A stretch of DNA of 39,797 nucleotides from Flavobacteriales bacterium. Its GTDB lineage: Bacteria > Bacteroidota > Bacteroidia > Flavobacteriales_D > Crocinitomicaceae. The notes below the pieces were generated by a model. That model had not been told where the DNA came from. It saw only the letters and a program-made list of their open reading frames with translations, and searched no databases. The number at the start of each line of letters is the position of its first letter. Within the stretch, counting starts at the first letter, position 1. Positions 33,650 through 39,797 of this stretch are shown piece by piece. Both the position numbers and the translations under genes were made by a program. The stretch lies in NCBI GenBank assembly GCA_947458985.1, contig CANHBA010000001.1, forward strand, positions 1 to 39,797, in the 5' to 3' direction.

Positions 33650-34399
33650 ATGTTATTTTCTTTATCTAGTGCACTTAACGTGCAAGCATTATTTGAAAAA
33701 GGAGACGTGTATACGTACACAGCGTTTACCTTCTTCATTGGAACAATGGCCATGATGGCTGCAGCTGCATTTTTCTTTATGGAAATGCGCAACATGGAAG
33801 AGAAGTGGAGAACCTCCATTTTAGTTTCCGGACTCATCACTTTCATTGCCGCTGTTCACTATTATTACATGCGTGATTACTTCACAGCAACTTCTACATC
33901 ACCAACGTTTTTCCGTTATGTAGACTGGATGCTCACAGTTCCACTCATGTGTGTTGAATTCTATTTGATCACCAAAAAAGCGGGTGCTAAAACAAGCTTA
34001 CTATGGAAACTTATCTTTGCTTCTGTTGTAATGCTCGTTACAGGTTACTTCGGTGAGTCAGTAGACCGCGACAACAGCGTTATGTGGGGTGTGCTTTCAG
34101 GAGCAGCTTATTTCTACATCGCTTATTTAGTATGGTTTGGCGAAGTGGCCAAATTGGCAGAATCAGCAGGTCCGGCTGTAGCTAAAGCAACACGCATTTT
34201 AGCTTGGTTTGTACTCGTTGGTTGGGCAATTTACCCACTTGGTTACATCATCGGTACGCCAGGCGGATTGTTTGGCGCATTTGGTAGCTCAGGTCCAAAT
34301 CCTTGGATGGATGTTGTTTACAACATCGGAGATGCCGTAAACAAAATCGGTTTTGGTTTGGTTATTTACGCATTGGCTAAATCTGATTCCAAAGCATAA
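33650..34399 (+). CDS. proteorhodopsin (light-driven proton pump, DTE motif, Met at the spectral-tuning site)
   Basis: RYVDWMLTVPLMCVEF gives D92/T96/E103, equivalent to PR D97/T101/E108. M100 is equivalent to tuning position 105. The Schiff-base region YNIGDAVNKIGFGL gives D228 and K232. 7 TM helices, 249 aa. Confidence 0.9.
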   Translation: MLFSLSSALNVQALFEKGDVYTYTAFTFFIGTMAMMAAAAFFFMEMRNMEEKWRTSILVSGLITFIAAVHYYYMRDYFTATSTSPTFFRYVDWMLTVPLMCVEFYLITKKAGAKTSLLWKLIFASVVMLVTGYFGESVDRDNSVMWGVLSGAAYFYIAYLVWFGEVAKLAESAGPAVAKATRILAWFVLVGWAIYPLGYIIGTPGGLFGAFGSSGPNPWMDVVYNIGDAVNKIGFGLVIYALAKSDSKA

Positions 34400-34423
34400 T
34401 CATTTTACATATGATATGAAAAA

Positions 34424-34449
34424 GGGAGGCGAAAGCCTCCCTTTTTTTT
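34424..34449. terminator. bidirectional rho-independent terminator between convergent genes
   Basis: GGGAGGC-GAAA-GCCTCCC flanked by an A-run and TTTTTTTT. Confidence 0.85.
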
Positions 34450-34466
34450 GTTTGAATAAGTTTGTT

Positions 34467-36911
34467 TTAATAAACCTTCGGAAAACTTTGCGGATCGAGG
34501 TCGTGCATCATGTCGAGGACTTTTTCGATGATGTCGTCGATGTTGGGCTTGCTGAAGTAGTCGCCGTCAGAGCCATAGGCAGGTCGGTGGTCTTTGGCAG
34601 CCATCGTTTGAGGCGAGAGGTCTAGGTGTTGGTAGCCGTTCTGTTTTACGAGAATTTGATCGAGCATAAAGGCGCTGGCACCACTGCTGACGTCTTCGTC
34701 TACGATGAGTAGGGCGTTGGTTTTAGCCAAAGACTTAGCGATGAGGTGCTCGGTGTCAAACGGAAGCAAAGTTTGCGCATCGATGAGTTCTATGGAAATA
34801 TCCATTGCCGAAAGCTGTTGCACAGCAAGTTCGCAAATATTGAAAGTTGACCCGTAAGAAACGAGCGTGAGGTCGGTGCCTTCTTGCACAATTTCGGGAA
34901 CGCCAAGCGGCTCGGTGAACGCTCCAAAATTGATCGGCATGCGTTCTTTGCTGCGGTAACCATTGAGCGGTTCGATAACGAGTGCAGGTTCGTCGGCCTG
35001 AAGTAAGGTGTTGTAAAAGGCAGCTGCTTTGGTCATGTTGCGGGGCACACATACGTGGATGCCTCTTAAAGCGTTTATGATCATGCCCATTGGCGAGCCG
35101 CTGTGCCAAATGCCTTCTAGTCGATGCCCGCGTGTGGAAATAATGAGAGGTGCTTTTTGACCGCCTTTGGTGCGGTATTGTACTGTTGCGAGGTCGTCGG
35201 ACATGATTTGAAGCCCATAAAGCAAGTAGTCTAGGTACTGTATTTCGGCGATAGGGCGCAGGCCGCGCATCGCCATACCGATACCTTGACCTATAATGGT
35301 GCACTCGCGGATGCCGGTGTCAGAGACGCGTAAGTTGCCAAATTGTTCTTGTAAACCTTCTAAACTTTGATTGACACCACCAATTTTGCCAGCATCTTCG
35401 CCAAAAACAAGTACTTCTGGACGGTTTTCAAGGATGTGTCGGTAGTTTTCGCGCAAAATGATGCGGCCGTCTTCTAGTTGTGTTTCAGATGTATAGGCAA
35501 CAGGTACTTTCGGAACATTTGAAATACTGTTCGCTGAGTTAGAGTAGAGGTAAGAGCTGTAGCGGTCTTGGGCTTTGAGCTGAATGCGCTGCACCCAAGC
35601 AACTAAAGCGCTGCGTTGAGGGCTTTGGTCGTGAAGGCCTTGGCGCAAAAGCAATCGCGCTTGCGTGAGGAGGTCGCGACGGATGCTGTCTTTTTCTTTG
35701 CTGAGCTGTTGGTGCATGTTGTTGGCACTCACATGAAGGCTGTGTGCGGCATCGAAGCTGGCTAAGATGGTAAGCAATTCGTTTTTATCTTCTATGATGT
35801 CTGCGGTGAAGGCCTGCCAAGCATTGTTTTTGGCGTTTCTGACGCGTTCTTTTGCAGCATTTGAAATGGCATCGAGTTCTTCTTCAGTGGCTAAAACCAA
35901 GCCTTTTTGTGCAAAAGACAAGATCCATTCTTTGAATTTGGCGATACAGTCAAAATCGGTTTCCCATTGGAGGCGTTCTTCCGATTTGTAACGTTCGTGC
36001 GAACCCGAAGTAGAATGCCCTTGGGGTTGATTCACTTCTTTGACGTGTACCAACACAGGAACGTGTTGTTCGCGTGCAATTTGCACGGCTTTTTCGTAGG
36101 TTTCGCAAAGATGCGCGTAGTCCCAACCTTTGGTGATCAGGATTTCAAATCCTTTTTGGTCGGCATTGCGCTGAAAACCTGCAAGTGCGTCTGAGATGCT
36201 ACCTTTGGTAGTTTGGAGTTCGCGTGGCACAGAAATGCCATAGCCGTCGTCCCAGACGGACATCACGAGTGGCACTTGCAACACACCGGCAGCATTCATG
36301 GTTTCCCAAAAAGGGCCTTCAGAAGTGGAGGCATCGCCGATGGTTCCGAAAGCTACCTCGTTACCGCCCGCACTGAATTTTTTGAAGGCCTCTAATTCTT
36401 TGAGTGAAGGGTGCTCGCGGTAAACTTTAGAGGCTTGCGCCAAACCGAGTAAACGCGGCATTTGTCCTGCGGTAGGAGAGATGTCTGAGGAGCTGTTTTT
36501 TTGCGCCATGAGGTCTTTCCATTGGCCGTTGCTGTCTAGGTTGCGCGTGGCATAATGCCCGCCCATTTGACGGCCTGCAGATTGCGGCTCTATATTTTCG
36601 TCGGTGTGGGCGTAGAGCCCAGCAAAATATTGTTCTAGGGTGAGGGCTGAAATAGCCATCATGAGGGTTTGGTCGCGGTAGTAGCCCGAGCGGAAGTCTC
36701 CGTTTTGGAATTGTTTGGCTAACGCAATTTGAGCAAGCTCTTTGCCATCGCCGAAAATGCCAAATTTGGCCTTCCCGGTAAGGACTTCTTTTCGCCCCAT
36801 TAAAGAGGCTTCTCTGGATTCACAAGCAAGTTGGAAATCTTGGATCACTTGTTGCTTGAAACTATTGAAGTCAAGTTGCTCGTTTGTTGGAGACGCTTTT
36901 TCTTTGGCCAT
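34467..36911 (-). CDS. fused E1 alpha/beta 2-oxoacid dehydrogenase component (TPP-dependent)
   Basis: The N-terminal half carries TPP-binding GDASTSEGPFWETMNAA...VWDDGYGISVP. The C-terminal half is transketolase-like pyrimidine-binding and C-terminal domains. The 814-aa fusion is typical of Bacteroidota. Confidence 0.85.
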   Translation of the reverse strand: MAKEKASPTNEQLDFNSFKQQVIQDFQLACESREASLMGRKEVLTGKAKFGIFGDGKELAQIALAKQFQNGDFRSGYYRDQTLMMAISALTLEQYFAGLYAHTDENIEPQSAGRQMGGHYATRNLDSNGQWKDLMAQKNSSSDISPTAGQMPRLLGLAQASKVYREHPSLKELEAFKKFSAGGNEVAFGTIGDASTSEGPFWETMNAAGVLQVPLVMSVWDDGYGISVPRELQTTKGSISDALAGFQRNADQKGFEILITKGWDYAHLCETYEKAVQIAREQHVPVLVHVKEVNQPQGHSTSGSHERYKSEERLQWETDFDCIAKFKEWILSFAQKGLVLATEEELDAISNAAKERVRNAKNNAWQAFTADIIEDKNELLTILASFDAAHSLHVSANNMHQQLSKEKDSIRRDLLTQARLLLRQGLHDQSPQRSALVAWVQRIQLKAQDRYSSYLYSNSANSISNVPKVPVAYTSETQLEDGRIILRENYRHILENRPEVLVFGEDAGKIGGVNQSLEGLQEQFGNLRVSDTGIRECTIIGQGIGMAMRGLRPIAEIQYLDYLLYGLQIMSDDLATVQYRTKGGQKAPLIISTRGHRLEGIWHSGSPMGMIINALRGIHVCVPRNMTKAAAFYNTLLQADEPALVIEPLNGYRSKERMPINFGAFTEPLGVPEIVQEGTDLTLVSYGSTFNICELAVQQLSAMDISIELIDAQTLLPFDTEHLIAKSLAKTNALLIVDEDVSSGASAFMLDQILVKQNGYQHLDLSPQTMAAKDHRPAYGSDGDYFSKPNIDDIIEKVLDMMHDLDPQSFPKVY

Positions 36912-36928
36912 TTTCTGTTGATTGCCTA

Positions 36929-36936
36929 CAAATATA
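36929..36936 (-). promoter_or_regulatory. -7 box TAtaTTTG for the E1 gene (17-nt leader)
   Basis: The minus strand reads TATATTTG, then 17 nt, then ATG 36911. Confidence 0.45.
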
Positions 36937-36984
36937 CGTAAAATGGACCTGATTTTTGTTGTAAAATGTGCAATTTTGCCCTAT

Positions 36985-37686
36985 ATGAAAGCTTTGCAAC
37001 TCGAATTATGCGCCGCCTCCGTGGAGGCACTCGCGCTCGCTAAGACACACGGCTTTGACCGTATTGAACTCTGTCAGAATCTCGAACAAGGTGGTCTCAC
37101 CCCTTCGGCTGGCCTCATTCAGCAAGCCTTGAACTTAGGTTTAGAGACGCATGTACTCATCAGGCCCCGCGCAGGAGGTTTTCATTACCAGCAAACTGAA
37201 ATAGAGGTCATTCGGCAAGACATCCAATACTGTCAACAGTCAGGGGTGAAAGGGGTAGTTGTTGGTTTGCTCAAAGCAAATTTTGAATTGGATAAACCTT
37301 TGCTACAAGAATTAATGCATTTGGCGCCTGAGCTAGACTGGACCTTCCACCGCGCTTTTGACGAAAGTTTAGATTGGAAGCGTTCGTTGGATATCCTTAT
37401 TGAGCTCGGTTTCAAGCGGGTGCTTACCTCAGGTTTTGCCTCAAACGTAGAAATCGGTTTGCCTATACTTACACAAATGAGTCAATATGCAAACGGCCGC
37501 ATACAGATTATGGCAGGCGGAGGTGTAAACGCAGGAAACATCGGTAAGTTGGCACAAATCCCGAACATTTCCGCAGTACATTTTTCGGCTACCCAAAAAG
37601 AACTACTCGACGAAGATTCTGCCTTTTCTGAGACCATTTTAAAGGTGAGTGAATCGCGTCTGCAACGCATCCTGGCAGCAATCTAA
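36985..37686 (+). CDS. cutC: copper homeostasis protein CutC
   Basis: MKALQLELCAASVEALALAKTHGFDRIELCQNLEQGGLTPS is the canonical CutC N-terminus. The internal ATG at 36985 is preferred over the track start at 36922. Confidence 0.8.
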   Translation: MKALQLELCAASVEALALAKTHGFDRIELCQNLEQGGLTPSAGLIQQALNLGLETHVLIRPRAGGFHYQQTEIEVIRQDIQYCQQSGVKGVVVGLLKANFELDKPLLQELMHLAPELDWTFHRAFDESLDWKRSLDILIELGFKRVLTSGFASNVEIGLPILTQMSQYANGRIQIMAGGGVNAGNIGKLAQIPNISAVHFSATQKELLDEDSAFSETILKVSESRLQRILAAI

Positions 37687-37707
37687 GGTAGCTCAAATTT
37701 ATTTGCG

Positions 37708-37715
37708 TACCTTTG
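37708..37715 (+). promoter_or_regulatory. -7 box TAccTTTG upstream of the DEAD-box helicase
   Basis: The plus-strand TACCTTTG lies 21 nt before ATG 37737 and 54 nt before ATG 37770. Confidence 0.45.
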
Positions 37716-37769
37716 CACCACTTCGGCGGGTAAAAAATGTTGTTTACCGCGTCCGAAAATCAAGATTAC

Positions 37770-38879
37770 ATGTTATTTAATGAATTACCCCTGGAGCAGA
37801 AGCTCCTTCAAGCCATCGCTGAAAAAGGCTATACAAATGCAACTCCAATCCAAGAAAAAGCCATTCCACCTATTCTAGAAAAACGAGACCTCATTGGTTT
37901 AGCCCAAACCGGAACAGGAAAAACAGCAGCTTTTGCCATTCCAATTTTGGAGCTACTGAACGCCAAAAAACCTTTAGATGGGGGCATTCAAGCACTCATC
38001 GTTACGCCAACAAGAGAGCTTGCCATTCAAATTGCCGATAATTTCAAAGCTTACGGTAAGCATTTAGGCATGCGTTCATTGGTGATATTTGGTGGTGTGA
38101 AAGCCCATGCCCAAATTCAGACACTCAAGCAAAAGCCCGCAATCCTTATTGCAACGCCGGGTCGTTTACTCGACCTACATCAGCAAGGATTCGTCAACCT
38201 CAAGCAATTGTCTATTTTTGTTTTGGATGAGGCAGACCGCATGCTCGACATGGGTTTCATCCACGATGTCAAGCGCATCGTCAAGCTTTTGCCAAGAGAA
38301 CGCCAAACGCTTTTGTTTTCAGCAACTATGCCAAACGAGGTCAAAAGCCTGGCGCAAGGTTTGTTAAAAGATCCAATTGAAGTTACCGTAACGCCGGTTT
38401 CGTCTACCGTTGAGCGCATAGATCAATGCATGATCCACGTTGCCGACCGCAAACACAAAGAGTCATCATTGGTTGATCTACTCAAGAAAGACAAAGCTGA
38501 AAGTGTATTGGTTTTCTCCAGAACCAAACACGGCGCCGATAAATTAGTGCGCATGCTCGGTAAAAACAAGCTAGAGGCCATGGCCATTCACGGCAATAAA
38601 TCTCAAAATGCACGTCAGATGGCGCTCAATCATTTCAAGGAAGGTAAAATCCGAATTTTAGTCGCTACAGATATTGCTGCTCGTGGCATCGATATCTCTG
38701 GGCTTGACCTCGTGATCAATACCGACGTACCAACAGTTGCAGAAACCTATGTGCACCGCATTGGCCGCACAGGCCGCGCAGGGCGAGAAGGTCGTTCCGT
38801 TATTTTTTGTGAGCCCGAAGATCATAAATACTTCAAAGCAATTGAAAAACTAATTGCAAAAAAAATACGGGTTGAATAA
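37770..38879 (+). CDS. DEAD-box ATP-dependent RNA helicase (RhlE-like)
   Basis: Q motif (F..L.L......TPIQ), motif I AQTGTGKT, DEAD (VLDEADRM), SAT and HRIGRTGRAG. The start could instead be ATG 37737, adding 11 aa. Confidence 0.9.
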   Translation: MLFNELPLEQKLLQAIAEKGYTNATPIQEKAIPPILEKRDLIGLAQTGTGKTAAFAIPILELLNAKKPLDGGIQALIVTPTRELAIQIADNFKAYGKHLGMRSLVIFGGVKAHAQIQTLKQKPAILIATPGRLLDLHQQGFVNLKQLSIFVLDEADRMLDMGFIHDVKRIVKLLPRERQTLLFSATMPNEVKSLAQGLLKDPIEVTVTPVSSTVERIDQCMIHVADRKHKESSLVDLLKKDKAESVLVFSRTKHGADKLVRMLGKNKLEAMAIHGNKSQNARQMALNHFKEGKIRILVATDIAARGIDISGLDLVINTDVPTVAETYVHRIGRTGRAGREGRSVIFCEPEDHKYFKAIEKLIAKKIRVE

Positions 38880-38893
38880 CCCGTATTTTTTTT
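38865..38893. terminator. bidirectional rho-independent terminator between convergent genes
   Basis: ATACGGGTT-GAAT-AACCCGTAT followed by TTTTTTTT and preceded by an A-run. The helicase stop codon lies within the hairpin. Confidence 0.75.
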
Positions 38894-38915
38894 GTTTAAT
38901 ATGTTGATGCTTGAT

Positions 38916-39797
38916 TTAGATCGCTGCAATTTTATCCGACATATATTCGCCGGCTTTTAATTTGTTAACGATTTTGGAGAAGCATTCGATGGTGTATTTG
39001 ACATCTTCTAGGGTGTGAACAGCTGTAGGGATGAGGCGCAAAATGATCATGCCTTTTGGAACTACAGGATATACTACCATTGAACAAAATACGTTGTAGT
39101 TTTCGCGTAGGTCAAAGATGAGGTTTGTTGCTTCTGGAATAGAACCGCTGAGGTAAACCGGAGTAACACAGCTATCTGTTGGGCCGATTTCAAAACCTGC
39201 TTCTTTCAAGCCATTTTGAAGAGCGTTGGTGTTTTCCCAAAGTTTTGCTTTGAGCTCGGGGTGCTTGCGCATGAGGTCAAGGCGCGTGAGTAGGCCAGAA
39301 ACCAATGCTGCAGGCATGGCTTTTGCAAAGATTTGCGAGCGCATGTTGTAGCGGAGGTATTCAACTACTTGTTCGTCTGAAGAAATAAAGCCTCCAATGA
39401 GTGCGAATGATTTGGCGAAAGTACCGAAATAGATATCGATGCCGTCTTGGCAACCTTGCTCTTCGCCAGTTCCGGCACCAGTTTCACCTAAAACGCCGAT
39501 ACCATGTGCGTCGTCTACGAATAAACGGAAGTTGTATTTTTCTTTGAGGGCAACGATTTCTTTGAGTTTGCCTTGGTCACCGCGCATTCCGAAAACACCT
39601 TCTGTAATCACGAGGATCGCTCCTCCAGTTTCGGCAGCGAGTTTGGTGGCGCGTTGCAATTGTTTTTCGCAATCGTCGACTTCGTTGTGCTTAAACACAA
39701 AACGTTTGCCCATGTGTAGGCGAACGCCGTCGAGGATACAGGCGTGAGATTCAGCATCGTAAACGATGACGTCGTGGCGGTCAACAAGGCAATCAAT
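38916..39797 (-). CDS. alpha-oxoamine synthase family PLP enzyme (SPT / cysteate-acyltransferase / Kbl-like); 5' end outside the window
   Basis: The frame stays open to the window edge (IDCLVDRHDVIVYDAESHACILDGVRLHMGKRF...). DDAHGIGVLGETGAG is present, and the PLP lysine sits in GTFAKSFALIGGF. Confidence 0.8.
   Translation of the reverse strand: MDCLVDRHDVIVYDAESHACILDGVRLHMGKRFVFKHNEVDDCEKQLQRATKLAAETGGAILVITEGVFGMRGDQGKLKEIVALKEKYNFRLFVDDAHGIGVLGETGAGTGEEQGCQDGIDIYFGTFAKSFALIGGFISSDEQVVEYLRYNMRSQIFAKAMPAALVSGLLTRLDLMRKHPELKAKLWENTNALQNGLKEAGFEIGPTDSCVTPVYLSGSIPEATNLIFDLRENYNVFCSMVVYPVVPKGMIILRLIPTAVHTLEDVKYTIECFSKIVNKLKAGEYMSDKIAAI

Noticed and set aside
34756-35304. 182-aa Arg/His-rich ORF in an alternative frame inside the E1 dehydrogenase gene
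   Set aside because: Its extreme R/H/C/T composition is typical of an out-of-frame read-through of a real gene. It has no start context or promoter, and the overlapping frame encodes conserved transketolase-like domains.
37716-37769. Possible cold-shock-type structured 5' UTR hairpin upstream of the DEAD-box helicase (GGTAAA...TTTACC)
   Set aside because: Only a 6-bp AT-rich stem can be drawn and flanking bases do not extend it. It also overlaps the alternative start codon at 37737.
1-39797. CRISPR arrays, tRNA/rRNA/tmRNA genes, IS elements, integrases, toxin-antitoxin or defence gene clusters
   Set aside because: No direct-repeat/spacer periodicity was seen. No cloverleaf-sized conserved RNA appears in any intergenic gap, and all gaps are shorter than 175 nt apart from the riboswitch region. 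No transposase- or recombinase-like ORFs are present. The window looks like core chromosome.

Overview
This is a chromosomal, mostly housekeeping segment of a Bacteroidota genome, probably an aquatic Flavobacteriia-like organism. The taxon is inferred from three T9SS C-terminal sorting domains, TAnnTTTG -7 promoter boxes, no Shine-Dalgarno sequences, a Rho with a long N-terminal insertion, a fused E1 alpha/beta dehydrogenase and a flavobacterial-type proteorhodopsin. About 33 protein genes are supported: mpl-like ligase, rho, dnaB, nth, dnaX, an M16 peptidase pair, NlpC/P60, murQ, rpsO-pnp, an M1 peptidase plus sppA, proteorhodopsin, cutC, a DEAD-box helicase and an alpha-oxoamine synthase, among others. 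There is also one cis-regulatory RNA (a cobalamin riboswitch), several rho-independent terminators and Bacteroidota-type promoter boxes. I saw no rRNA, tRNA, CRISPR array, IS element or defence island. The best second-look items are: (1) dnaX is split at an A10 tract carrying an in-phase A_AAA_AAG heptamer, so frame 0 gives a gamma-length protein and tau needs -1 recoding or is a homopolymer error. (2) A B12 riboswitch controls a stand-alone T9SS-secreted beta-propeller, a candidate extracellular corrinoid binder. (3) Endonuclease III has all four [4Fe-4S] cysteine ligands replaced. (4) An M1 metalloprotease is fused to an Omp85-like C-terminal barrel and coupled to sppA. (5) Four genes share a TAnnTTTG-N4-ATG geometry that implies leaderless mRNAs. 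All functional calls come from motif reading by eye; no database search was possible.
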